This document shows, in pieces, positions 9,908 to 20,800 of a stretch of 64,000 nt of DNA. Origin of the DNA: Kineococcus xinjiangensis (GTDB taxonomy: Bacteria; Actinomycetota; Actinomycetes; Actinomycetales; Kineococcaceae); the NCBI RefSeq assembly GCF_002934625.1, contig NZ_PTJD01000001.1, positions 445,041 to 509,040 on the forward strand, written 5' to 3'. Position 1 is the first letter of the stretch, and the number at the start of each line of letters is the position of its first letter. The notes beneath the pieces were generated by a model. It was not told the DNA's origin. It saw only the letters and a list, made by a program, of their open reading frames with translations, and did not search any database. The position numbers and the translations under genes are program-made.

Positions 9908-11248
9908 GTGAGTTCATCCACCCCGAGTTCACCTGCACCCGTCGCGGCCGTCGCCGACCCGTGGCCGGCTCCGGTCGCGGACGGCCCCGTGGACGCCGTC
10001 GTGACGGTGCCGGGCTCGAAGTCCCTGACCAACCGCTACCTCGTCGTGGCGGCGCTGGCGGCCCGCGACTCCCGGCTGCGCGACCCGCTGCGCTCCCGCG
10101 ACACCGAGCTCATGGCACGTGCCGTGGGCAGCCTCGGCGTGGGGGTGGAGGACGCCGAGGCCGACTGGATCCTGCGTCCGGGCGCCCTGCGCGGCGGCTC
10201 CGAGGTCGACTGCGGGCTCGCGGGCACGGTCATGCGCTTCCTGCCCCCGGTGGCCGCCCTCGCGGACGGCGACGTGCGCTTCGACGGCGACCCGCGCGCC
10301 CGGGAGCGGCCCATGGCTGACCTGCTGGGGGCGCTGCGCTCCCTCGGGGTCGAGGTCGAGGACGAGGGCCGCGGGACGCTGCCGTTCACCGTCCGCGGCC
10401 GCGGTGGCCTGCGCGGCGGCACCGTCGTCCTGGACGCCTCGCGCTCCAGCCAGTTCGTCTCGGCGCTGCTGCTCGTCGGCTCCCGCTGCAGCCAGGGCCT
10501 GACCGTGCGCCACGAGGGCGGGCCCCTGCCCAGCCGGCCGCACGTGCAGATGACGGTGGAGGTGCTGCGCGACGTCGGCGCGGTCGTCGACGACAGCGTC
10601 GAGGGCACCTGGCACGTCGAGCCCGGTGAGCTCAACGGCCTGGACGTCCAGGTCGAGCCCGACCTGTCCAACGCCGCGCCGTTCCTGGCGGCGGCCGCGG
10701 TGACGCAGGGCCGGGTGCTGGTCCCGGGCTGGCCGCAGTCCACCACCCAGGCGGGCGACCTCCTGCGCGACGTCCTCGACCAGATGGGCGCCGACGTCTC
10801 CCTCGACCGCGACGGGCTGCTGGTGCAGGGCACCGGCGAGCTCTACGGCATCGACCTGGACCTGCGCGAGGCCGGGGAGCTGACCCCGGTGATCGCCGCC
10901 CTGGCCGCGCTGTCGGACTCCCCCTCCCAGCTGCGGGGGATCGGCCACCTGCGCGGGCACGAGACCGACCGGCTGGCGGCGCTGGCGACGGAGCTCAACC
11001 GGCTCGGCGGGGACGTCACGGAGACGGAGGACGGCCTGCTGGTGCGGCCGCGCCCCCTGCACGGCGCCGTGTTCGAGACCTACGCCGACCACCGGATGGC
11101 GACGGCGGGGGCTCTCCTGGGCCTGCGCGTGCCCGGCGTGCTCGTCGCCGACGTGGCCACCACGCGCAAGACCCTGCCGGACTTCCCGGGGATGTGGCGG
11201 CGGATGCTCACCGCCGAGGGCGACGTGCCGGCCGCGGCACGGGCCTGA
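9908..11248 (+). CDS. aroA: 3-phosphoshikimate 1-carboxyvinyltransferase (EPSP synthase)
   Basis: [17 protein letters not shown] and RPM motifs are collinear with AroA. The GTG start is at 9908, and the in-frame 5' part of the long ORF is probably not translated. rsgA follows, as in mycobacteria. Confidence 0.9.
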   Translation: MSSSTPSSPAPVAAVADPWPAPVADGPVDAVVTVPGSKSLTNRYLVVAALAARDSRLRDPLRSRDTELMARAVGSLGVGVEDAEADWILRPGALRGGSEVDCGLAGTVMRFLPPVAALADGDVRFDGDPRARERPMADLLGALRSLGVEVEDEGRGTLPFTVRGRGGLRGGTVVLDASRSSQFVSALLLVGSRCSQGLTVRHEGGPLPSRPHVQMTVEVLRDVGAVVDDSVEGTWHVEPGELNGLDVQVEPDLSNAAPFLAAAAVTQGRVLVPGWPQSTTQAGDLLRDVLDQMGADVSLDRDGLLVQGTGELYGIDLDLREAGELTPVIAALAALSDSPSQLRGIGHLRGHETDRLAALATELNRLGGDVTETEDGLLVRPRPLHGAVFETYADHRMATAGALLGLRVPGVLVADVATTRKTLPDFPGMWRRMLTAEGDVPAAARA

Positions 11249-11261
11249 GGGAGCTCCCCCG

Positions 11262-12329
11262 GTGCCCGCCGACCGCCGTCCGCGCCGCTACGACGAGGAC
11301 GACGTCCGGATCCGCCCGAACCGGCACGGGTCCCGGCCGCGCACGAAGGAGCGCCCGTCGCACTCCGACGCGGTGCAGGCCTTCGTGGTGGCCGTGGACC
11401 GGGGCCGCTCCACCTGCCTCGTAGGCGCGGGCAACCTCGGCGCGCTCGGCCCGGACGCGCCGGGGGCACGGCTGGTGACGGCGATGCGGGCACGGGAGCT
11501 GGGCCGGCAGAAGGTGGTCGTCGGGGACCTCGTCGCCCTCGTCGGCGACGTCAGCGGGCAGCCCGACGCCCTGGCGCGCATCGTGCGCATCGAGGAGCGG
11601 CGCTCGGTGCTGCGCCGGACCGCCGACGACACCGACCCGGTCGAGCGGGTCGTCGTCGCCAACGCGGACCAGCTGGTGCTGGTCACGGCGGTCGCCGACC
11701 CGGAGCCGCGCCCGCGGCTGGTGGACCGCTGCCTCGTCGCGGCCTACGACGCCGGGATGACGCCGCTGCTGTGCCTGACCAAGGCGGACCTGCGCCCTCC
11801 GGAGGAGGTGCTGTCCACGTGGGCGCCGCTGGGGCTGGAGGCGGTGAGCACCTCCCGGCGCGAGGCCGCCGAGGGTGCGCAGATCGCGGGCCTGGACGAG
11901 CTGCGGGCGCGCCTGACGGGACGGGTGAGCGTCCTCGTCGGGCACTCGGGCGTAGGCAAGTCCACCCTCGTCAACGCGCTCGTGCCGAGCGCCCGGCGCG
12001 CGACGGGCCGCGTCAACGACGTCACCGGCCGCGGCCGGCACACGTCGACCTCCGCGGCGGCCCTGGCCCTGGAGGGCGGCGGCTGGGTGATCGACACCCC
12101 GGGCATCCGCTCCTTCGGCCTGGCCCACGTGGACCCGGAGCGCGTGCTGCTCGCCTTCCCCGACCTGGTGCCCGCCACGGCGGACTGCCCCCGCGGCTGC
12201 ACCCACGACGAGCCGGAGTGCGGGCTGGACGGGTTCGTCGAGGCGGGCGGGGCGGGCGCGGCCGGTCCGGTGCGGCTGGTGTCCCTGCGGCGCCTGCTGC
12301 GGGCGCGCTCCTCCGAGAGCGGGGACTGA
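11262..12329 (+). CDS. rsgA: ribosome small-subunit-dependent GTPase A (RsgA/YjeQ)
   Basis: Circularly permuted GTPase motifs are present: G4 LTKADL upstream of G1 GHSGVGKSTL. The C-terminal zinc knuckle CPRGCTHDEPEC is also present. Confidence 0.85.
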   Translation: MPADRRPRRYDEDDVRIRPNRHGSRPRTKERPSHSDAVQAFVVAVDRGRSTCLVGAGNLGALGPDAPGARLVTAMRARELGRQKVVVGDLVALVGDVSGQPDALARIVRIEERRSVLRRTADDTDPVERVVVANADQLVLVTAVADPEPRPRLVDRCLVAAYDAGMTPLLCLTKADLRPPEEVLSTWAPLGLEAVSTSRREAAEGAQIAGLDELRARLTGRVSVLVGHSGVGKSTLVNALVPSARRATGRVNDVTGRGRHTSTSAAALALEGGGWVIDTPGIRSFGLAHVDPERVLLAFPDLVPATADCPRGCTHDEPECGLDGFVEAGGAGAAGPVRLVSLRRLLRARSSESGD

Positions 12330-12350
12330 TCCCGCCACCGGCGGCCGCCC

Positions 12351-13034
12351 TCAGGGCAGCAGGGTGCGCCAGTAGCTCCAGAACTCCACCCCGACGACGC
12401 CGAGCAGCGCGGCGCAGGTCAGGGCGACGAGCAGCAGCCGGTAGTCGACCAGGGTGCGCGCCAGGGGGCGCAGCGCCGCGGGCACCGGCAGCACGCCCCG
12501 GTCCAGAGCGTCGGCGGTGCTGATCCAGAACAGCGGGACCATCACCGCCCACACGAGCATGCAGTACGGGCAGAGGGCGCGGATGACGAAGACGCTCTGC
12601 ACGACCAGCCAGGCGGTGAAGGCCGTCGCCGCCGCCGTGCCCACCCAGAACCCCAGCCGCACCCATCGCGGCAGCGGCGTCCCGGCCAGCAGCAGCACGC
12701 CGAGGGTGAGGGGCACCGGGAAGGCCATGAGCCCGAGGAACGGGTTCGGGAACCCCAGGACCGCCGCCTGCGGCTGGGTCATCACGGCACCGCAGGCGAG
12801 GACGGGGTTCAGGCTGCACGAGGGGACGTGGGCGGGATCGAGCAGCAGCCGGTAGCGCTCCACGGACAGGACGAGGGCGGCGGCGAGGCCGAGGGCGCCG
12901 GCGAGCGCGAGCAGCAGCCCGAGCCGGCGCGGCGGCACGGGCAGGTCCGACAGGTGCTGCTCCGGATCCGTCGTCGGCACTCCCCCGCCCCTTCCCGTCC
13001 GGCGCGGCGCCCGGTGCGGCGCGCCCGGCGCCAT
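12351..13034 (-). CDS. vitamin K epoxide reductase (VKOR) family membrane protein
   Basis: Multi-TM protein with the VKOR active-site CxxC (CPYC) and conserved loop cysteines (CSLNPVLAC). The ATG at 13034 is my chosen start. The ORF-track start at 13160 adds an Arg/Gly-rich extension that is unlikely to be translated. Confidence 0.7.
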   Translation of the reverse strand: MAPGAPHRAPRRTGRGGGVPTTDPEQHLSDLPVPPRRLGLLLALAGALGLAAALVLSVERYRLLLDPAHVPSCSLNPVLACGAVMTQPQAAVLGFPNPFLGLMAFPVPLTLGVLLLAGTPLPRWVRLGFWVGTAAATAFTAWLVVQSVFVIRALCPYCMLVWAVMVPLFWISTADALDRGVLPVPAALRPLARTLVDYRLLLVALTCAALLGVVGVEFWSYWRTLLP

Positions 13035-13137
13035 CCTGCCGGGCGTTCCCGGGCGCCGGCTCGGGAGCCCGCCCTCCCCGGGGCGCAGCGGACCGGGTCC
13101 GCGGCCGCGGCCGGCGCGGGCGGTAGCGTTCCGGCTC

Positions 13138-13965
13138 GTGCCGCCCTCCTCCACCGCCACCCGCTACGACGACGACCTGCGCCTGGCCCACGTCATCGCC
13201 GACCAGGTCGACGGCCTGACGATGGACCGCTTCCGGGCGCGCGACCTGCGGGTGGAGACGAAGCCGGACCTGACGCCGGTGACGGACGCCGACCGGGCCG
13301 CGGAGGAGCTGGTGCGCTCGCAGCTCAAGCGCACCCGGCCCCGGGACTCGGTGCTGGGCGAGGAGTACGGCCTCGTGGGCCACGGGCAGCGGCAGTGGGT
13401 GGTGGACCCCATCGACGGCACGAAGAACTTCGTCCGCGGGGTGCCGGTGTGGGCCACGCTCATCGCCCTGCTCGACGACGGCGTGCCGGTGCTGGGCGTG
13501 GTCTCGGCCCCGGCGCTGGGGAAGCGCTGGTGGGCCTCGCGCGGCTCGGGGGCCTGGTCCGGGCGCAGCCTGGCCTCGGCGGTGCGCCTGTCCGTGTCGG
13601 GGGTGCGCTCGCTGGCGGACGCGTCGTTCGCGTACTCCTCGCTGAGCGGCTGGGAGGAGGCGGGGCGCCTGGAGGGGTTCCTGGAGCTGTCCCGGCGGGT
13701 GTGGCGCACCCGCGGCTACGGCGACTTCTGGTCGTACATGCTGCTGGCGGAGGGCGCCGTGGACGTGGCGGCGGAGCCGGAGCTGGCGCTGCACGACATG
13801 GCGGCGCTGGTGCCGATCGTGGAGGAGGCGGGGGGTCGCTTCACCTCCCGCGACGGCGTCGACGGCTGCGGCGGCGGCAACGCGGTGGTGACCAACGGCC
13901 ACCTGCACGAGGAGGCGCTGCGCTACCTGGGCACGGGGGCGCACGTGCCGGCGGCCGGGGCCTGA
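13138..13965 (+). CDS. hisN: inositol-monophosphatase-family histidinol-phosphatase
   Basis: IMPase motifs LGEEYG, VVDPIDGT and WDxAA-like (DFWSYMLLAEGAVDV) are present. The protein is collinear with actinobacterial HisN. Confidence 0.75.
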   Translation: MPPSSTATRYDDDLRLAHVIADQVDGLTMDRFRARDLRVETKPDLTPVTDADRAAEELVRSQLKRTRPRDSVLGEEYGLVGHGQRQWVVDPIDGTKNFVRGVPVWATLIALLDDGVPVLGVVSAPALGKRWWASRGSGAWSGRSLASAVRLSVSGVRSLADASFAYSSLSGWEEAGRLEGFLELSRRVWRTRGYGDFWSYMLLAEGAVDVAAEPELALHDMAALVPIVEEAGGRFTSRDGVDGCGGGNAVVTNGHLHEEALRYLGTGAHVPAAGA

Positions 13966-13974
13966 GGCGCGCCC

Positions 13975-14754
13975 GTGGTCGTCCCCGCGCTCCCGGCCGG
14001 CCTGACGCGGCGGCTGGTCGTCTGGGAGCTGGTCGCGGTGTTCGCGGTCTCCCTGGGTGCCAGCGGCCTGCGCGCCCTGGTGAACTTCGTCGGTGCCGTG
14101 ACGGCGCCCGCGCCGCTGTCGTCGCAGCGGGCGACGGTGCTGGGCTCCTTCACCCCCGACCGGCCGTGGCTGGACCTGGCCTACCACCTGGTCTCCATCG
14201 CCACGGGGCTTGCGCCGGTGCTGCTGGTGGCGTACCTGCTGGTGCGCAGCGGGGAGTCGCTGCGCACCATCGGGGTGGACGCCAGTCGGCCGGGCTCCGA
14301 CCTGGGCCGGGGCCTGGCCCTGGCTGCGGCGATCGGCTCGACGGGCCTGGTGTTCTACCTGGCCACCGTCGCCCTCGGCATCAACAAGATGGTGGTGGCC
14401 TCGTCGCTGCCGGACGTGTGGTGGGCGGTGCCGGTGCAGGTGCTGGCCGCCGCGGAGAACGGCATCCTCGAGGAGGTCCTCGTCGCGGGGTTCCTGCTGC
14501 ACCGCCTGGCGCAGCTCGGGGTGGGGCGCGGCCGCGCGCTCGTCATCAGCTCGCTGCTGCGGGGCTCGTACCACCTGTACCAGGGCGCGGGCGGGTTCCT
14601 GGGCAACGTCATCATGGGTTTCGTCTTCGGCTGGCTGTACCAGCGCTGGGGGCGGGCGATGCCGCTGGTCGTCGCGCACACGGCGATCGACGTGGGGGCG
14701 TTCGTGGGCTTCGCCCTCCTGGCGGGGCGGGTGAGCTGGCTGCCGGGGGCCTGA
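13975..14754 (+). CDS. CPBP-family intramembrane glutamic endopeptidase (CAAX protease/Abi)
   Basis: The EExxxR-like motif (ENGILEEVLVAGFLLHR) and a conserved His in a later TM helix (LVVAHTAIDVGAFV) lie on a polytopic scaffold. Confidence 0.75.
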   Translation: MVVPALPAGLTRRLVVWELVAVFAVSLGASGLRALVNFVGAVTAPAPLSSQRATVLGSFTPDRPWLDLAYHLVSIATGLAPVLLVAYLLVRSGESLRTIGVDASRPGSDLGRGLALAAAIGSTGLVFYLATVALGINKMVVASSLPDVWWAVPVQVLAAAENGILEEVLVAGFLLHRLAQLGVGRGRALVISSLLRGSYHLYQGAGGFLGNVIMGFVFGWLYQRWGRAMPLVVAHTAIDVGAFVGFALLAGRVSWLPGA

Positions 14755-14801
14755 CGCGCCCTCGGCGGGCGGGGCGTCGCCGCGCTCGGCCCCGACCGGA
14801 G

Positions 14802-17800
14802 CTACCGGCGAGGCTGCACCGGCTGCCGCAGCAGGTGCAGCGGTGCCGGTTCGACACCGAGGTCCGTCAGCGCCCGCCAGTGGGCGAGGGCGAGCGCCTC
14901 GTCGACCAGGCCGTGGACCGGGGGGAGGCCAGGGCGGACCACGTGCACCAGTGCCTCCAGCTGGCACGACGGGACGGTGCCGGGGATGCGGTGGCCGGTC
15001 AGGTGCCGGGCGTACGGGCGGAGCACGGGGTCGTCGGCGGGTGTCTGCGTCGACGGGCCCGCCGTGAGCAGGCCGCCGCCGACCACGACCACGTCACCGC
15101 GCTCGGCCATCCGACGGGTGGCGGTGCGGGGGTCGAAGCAGTGCGGGAAGGAGTCGTCGACGACGATCGCGCCCGCGCGCAGCGAGTCGACGTCCAGGAC
15201 GCGGCGGTGCCCGCTGACGGCTGCGATGACCAGGTCCGCCTCGTGCACCGCGGCCGGCGCCCGTCCGTCCGGCCCGCACACCGCGACCTCGGCGCGGTGT
15301 CCGCGCGCTCTCGACTCCTCGGCCAGCCGGCCGAGGTGTGCGGCGCGGCCGGGAACGTCGCACAGCAGCAGACGCGCGGGCGCACCGGGTCCGAGGGTCA
15401 GCAGGAGCCGCAGCGACGACCAGCCGATGGAGCCGAGACCGACCACCGCCAGCGTGCACCCGTCGAGCCGGGTGCCGGTCGCGGCGAGGGCGAGGCGTGT
15501 GGTCGCCACCACCGACGCCGCGGTCACGGCGTGCCCGGTGGTCACGCGGGGAGCGTCCGGCGGCAGGGCCCGCACGACCTCGAAGCCGTAGCCGGTGTGC
15601 GCCGGGACCATCCCGGCCAGGGAGACCGCGGCCGCTCCGAGCCGGGCGGCGGTCTCGACGGCCCGCGCGACGTGCCGGGCCAGCGGAGCGCCGGCGGCCG
15701 GGCCCAGTTCGTCGGCGAAGACCGGGAGGCAGAGGAAGCCGGAGCGCCCGAGCGGTGTCGTCAGCTCCTCCAGCAGGCGGGGTCGGCCGTCGGGGAACAG
15801 CGCCGACCTGATCGACTCGCGCAGCCCGTCGGAGACCGGGAGGCCGGCCCGCGCCGCGAGCTCCTCCGGTGCCGGCAGGTACCCGACCAGCGCCGCGTCC
15901 AGCGACCGCGTCGCCGGGGTGACCGGCGCGGACGGCTGCGCGATGACCGGGCGGGCTGCCGAGGTGGCGCTGCCTCCCCGGGCGGCGTCGGTCAGCTCCC
16001 GCCGCACCTGCGCCGCCAAGTTCTCGAGGTCCGCGGGAGGCAGCACCCCGGCGGAGCAGCGCAGGGTCACCTGCAGGCCCGCTGCGCCCGGTCGCGCGGT
16101 GAGCAGCAGGTCCGTGCCGACCCGTGGCGGCTCGAGGTCGGTGCCCTCGTCCCAGGCCAGTGACAGCCGCCCGCCGCCGATCGGCCCGAGTGCCTCGAAG
16201 TCGAGGTAGCTGAACAGGAACTGGCCGCCGAACGACGACACGGACCCCGCGGAGGTGCCACGCCGGACGCGCTGCCGGATCGTCGCCCCGTCCCCCCGGG
16301 CCCGGTCGACGGCTGCCGCGACCTCCCGCACCTGCGCGGGGAAGGACGCTGCCGTGCCGTGCAGCCGCACCGGGACCACCGTCGCGAACGGCCCGACCAC
16401 CCGGTGCACGTCGGGTAGGGCGTGGTCACGTCCGGCGACCGCCACCCCGAGCAGCAGGTCGGCCTGGCCGGTCAGCCGCGCCAGGGCCCGGTGGTAGGCG
16501 GCGAGCACCGGCGCGAAGGGCGTGGCACCGGCCGCGGCCGCGCAGTCCCGCAGCGCGACGGTGAGCTCGTGGTCGAGGGTGAACGCCGTCCTGCCCGGTG
16601 CCGCCGAGGCCGCCTCGGGCCGGCGGAGCACGGGCGGGACGTAGCCGGGGCCCGCCTCGGCCCGGGCCTCGGCGGCCTCCCCGCCCTCCTGCCGCAGGAG
16701 CTCGACGTGGTCCCGGAACGTGCTGCGCAGCGGCGGCAGGCTCCGCGTCCTCCCGTCGGCGACCTCGTCGTAGAGCGACAGCAGGTCCTGCACCAGGACG
16801 ACCGCGCTGTAGCCGTCGCCGAGCAGGTGGTGAGCATGGACGACGAGGGCGTGCCGCCCGGGGCCGGTCCGCAGGACCTGCAGCCGCGCCAGCGGCCAGG
16901 AGGAGGCGTCGAGGCGGTGGGCCCGTTCCTCGGCCAGCCGCTGCGCCAGCTCCCCCGGATCCACGGAGCGGAAGCGGACGGGGATGCGCGCAGGCTGGTC
17001 CACCTCCTCCTGCACCGGCGGGCGCCGGTCGGCAGCGATCGCGGTCCGCAGCATGGGGTGCCGCTGCACGAGGCGGTCGACGGCGGTCTGGAAGTGCCCC
17101 GCATCCAGCTCGCCGGTCAGGCTGAAGCAGGCCAGCCAGCTCGTGCGGGCCCCCGGCGAGAGCGCCTCCGCCAGGAGGAACCCGCGCTGCGACGCGCTCA
17201 GCGGGAACGGCCCCGTCGTGCTCCGGCGGGGGCGATGCGGGGCAGGAGCCGCCTCGGCTGCGTCGACGGCGGCGGCCAGGCCGGCCAGCGTGCGGTGCCG
17301 GTGGAGCGCGCCGGGTGCGGGCAGGGCCGGGCGGTGCGGCTCCAGCTGGGCGAAGACCTCCAGCACGCCGATCGAGTCGCCGCCGAGGGCGAAGAAGTCG
17401 TCCTCGCGCGACACCTCCGCGACGCCGAGCAGCCGCTGCCACACCGAGGCGACGAGCTGCTCGGTCGGGGTGCGCGGTGGTGTCCGGTGCGGGCTCTGCG
17501 GGTGGGCCGGCGCCGGGGTGCCGGGCAGGCGGGCACGGTCCAGCTTCCCGGTCGCGGTGAGCGGCAGCTCGCCGACGACGGCCAGCCGGGCGGGGACCAG
17601 GTAGTCGGGCAGCCGCTCCGCCAGGTGGGCGCGGAGCTGCTCGGCCGTCGGGTCCGGACCGTCGCCCCGCAGCAGGACGTAGCCGACGAGGCGCGTCGTC
17701 CGCCCGTCGGGGGCCGGCTGGGCGACTACGGCGGCCCTCTCCACGGCCGGGTGCTCGCGCAGCACCGCCTCGGCCTCGCCGGGCTCGACCCGGTGGCCGC

Positions 17801-20800
17801 GGACCTTCACCTGCTCGTCGGTCCGGCCGAGGAACTCCAGGGCTCCGTCGTCCCGGCGGGCGACCCGGTCGCCGGTGCGGTACCAGCGGAGCCCGTCGCG
17901 GACGGGGAAGGCCCGCTCGGTCTGCTCGGGGTCGTCGAGGTACCCGGGGGTCAGGCCGGGGCCCGCCACCCACAGCTCCCCCGGCTCCCCGGCGGCGCAC
18001 CCCGCGCCGTTGGGGCCGACGACGTCCACCACCGCCCCCGCCACCGGGAAGCCGATCGGGATGCGGTTCATCGCGTCGTCAGGCCGGCGGTCGACGACGT
18101 GGCAGGTGGCGTTGACGGTCGCCTCGGTCGGCCCGTACAGGTTCACGATGCGCTGCGCCGGCCCGAAGAGGTCGAACCAGCGGCGGACCGGCACGGGCGA
18201 CAGGGCCTCCCCGCCGACGTGCACCCACCGCAGCGCCGACAGGTCGGGGGTGCCGCCGCCGGAGGCGACCTGCCGCTCGGCGGTGCGCAGGAGCTGCTCC
18301 CACAGCGTCGGCACCGAGCTCCAGACGGTGACCCGGCCCTGCTCGACCAGGTCGAGCAGCACCCGCGGGTCCCGTACCGCCTCGCGCGAGGCGGTGACGA
18401 CGGTGGCCCCGACCAGCAGCGGCGCGAGCAGCTGCCGGACCGAGGCGTCGAAGCAGATCGACGCGGTGGCCAGCATCCGGTCGCCCGCCCGGTAGCCGAA
18501 GGCGCCGACCGCCCAGCCCAGGTAGGTGGACACGGCGCGGTGGGTGATCGGGACGCCCTTCGGCCGGCCGGTCGTGCCGGAGGTGAAGGTCACGTAGGCG
18601 ATGTCGTCCGCGGCCGGCCGGGCGGGCGGCGCGTCGGGTGCGTCACCCACCGCTCCGCTGTCCACCTCGAGGACACGCAGGGGCGCGAGGAGCGAGGCGG
18701 CGCAGCGCGTCTCCGAGTCGCACACCACGGTGGTGGCGTGCGCCCGGTCCACGAGGTCGCGCAGCCGGGCCGGGGGGTGGGTGGGGTCCAGGGGGACCCA
18801 GGCCGCCCCGGAGTAGAGGATGCCGAGGAGTCCGATCACCGTCGCCGGACCCGGCGGCGTCAACAGGGCGACGCGGTCGCCCGCCCCGGTGCCGTCGACG
18901 CGCAGGCGGGCGGAGAGCCGGCGGGCCGCGCGGTCCAGCGCTCCGTAGCTCAGGGAGGTGCCGGCGTGCTCGACCGCGACCGCCTCCGGTGCGCGTCGGC
19001 ACTGCCGCGCGATGCGCAGGGCGAGCGAGTCCTCCGGCGCCCCCGGTCCCGGTGCTGCGGGTTCCTGGTCCGGCCGGGTGGCCCCCACCAGCTCGGCCAG
19101 CAGGTCGTCGCTGAGGCGCTCCAGCGTGGCCGGGGTGAAGAGACGAGCCGGGTGGTTCCAGGAGAAGCGGAGGGCACCGTCGAACTCCCAGCAGAGCAGG
19201 CTCAGCCCCGTCGCCGCCGAGGCCGTCCGCGCGGCGGTCTCCACGATCCGCACCGGGCAGTCGGTCGGCAGCTCGGCCGGGAAGCGGGCGAAGCTGAAGC
19301 CGGCCACAGCGGTCCCCGGCGCGGCGGGCAGCAGGCGGGCCAGGTCCAGCGAGCTCACGCTCCCGTGCTCCTCGGCGTCGCGCCACGCCGCCCGCACGAC
19401 GGGCGCCAGTGCGGCGGTGCCCGGCACGTCGGTCCCGACCGAGAGGGGCAGGGTGTCGGCGAAGGGGCCGACCACTCCCCCGATGCCCGCGAGCCGGGTA
19501 CCCCGACCGGCCCGTGCCACGTTGACGGTGACGCGCTGCCGGCCGGTCCGGCCTGCCAGCGTGCGCGCAAAGGCTGCGAGCACCAGGTGGAACAGGGAGA
19601 CGTCCAGCGCGGCCGCCCGGGTCCGCAGGGCGGCGGTGAGCGCGGCGTCGATGCCGAACTGCCGCGCGGTCAGCGGCGGGGCCGGTGCCTCGTCGGGATC
19701 CCCGTCGCAGGGCGGTTCCGCGACGGGCTCCGGCGTCCGCAGCCGTTCACCCCAGTGGTCGAGGTCGGCGACGAAGGCACCCGACCTCCGTTCCGTCGCG
19801 ACGAGGTCGGCGTGGTCGCGGAACGTCGACGGCAGGGCCGGCAGTTCGACGGGACGGTGCTGCGACAGGGCGGTGTAGACCCGCCACAGCTCGGCGCAGA
19901 GCAGGTTGAGGCTGGCTCCGTCTGCGGCGGCGTGGTGGAGGAGGAGCAGCAGCGAGGCGCGGTCGGCGTCCTCCCGGAGCAGGACCGCGCGCAGCGGGGG
20001 TCCGGTCGCGAGGTCGAGGACGCGGTTGCACAGCGCGTCCTCGGCGTCGTGGAGCGAGCCGGTCAGCGACCGGACCTCGAACCACTCCGGCCAGTCCGCG
20101 CCCCCTGGCGGTTCGACCTCCTGGCGCGGACGGCCGTCGACGGTGCGGATCCGCAGCCGCAGCATCGGGTGGCGGCGCTGCAGCAGGCTCAGGGAACGGG
20201 CGAGCAGCGCCGGGTCGGGGCCGCCGGTGAGGGTCTGCCGGAGGTAGGCGTAGGCAGGCACGTCGGGGTGCAGCAGGCCGCTGGTGTGGAAGGCCAGTTG
20301 CACCGGCGTCAGGGGGAACGGCCCCGTCTCCCGCGGCGCGTCCGGCGCCGGGGACGGCCCGGGGGCGACGGTCTGGCTTCCCGCCAGGTGGGCCGACAGT
20401 TGCGCGATCGACGGGTGCTCGAACAGCAGCGTGGTGGGCAGCTCCCGTCCGAGCTCGCGCTCGAGCCTGCGGACGAGGTCGACCGCGGCGAGGGAATCCA
20501 GCCCCATGGTCAGCAGCGACGCCTCCTCGTCGAGGTCCTCCGGGTGACGGCCCAGCTCAGCGGCGATCAAGCCGGCCACCACGTCGCGCGGTGCGCGCGC
20601 GGTCCGGTCCGCGGATGCGGGCGCGAGCGGCGGTCCCTCGGCCGGCGCCGGTGCTGGAACCGGCGGGAGGCGACGCCGGGGGGCGGGCGCGAGCGGGGGG
20701 CCGACCGGCTCGGGGCCCCTCACGAGCAGCTGCGCGGCGTCGACCGACGGCGCGTCCAGCACCGCCCCGGCCGCGGCCTGCGGGTCGACCTGCGGCACGT

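Noticed and set aside
12022-14967. 981-aa ORF on the minus strand spanning rsgA, VKOR, hisN and the CPBP gene
   Set aside because: It runs antisense or out of frame across four well-supported genes. Its composition is Arg/Pro/Gly-rich. It is a GC-shadow ORF.
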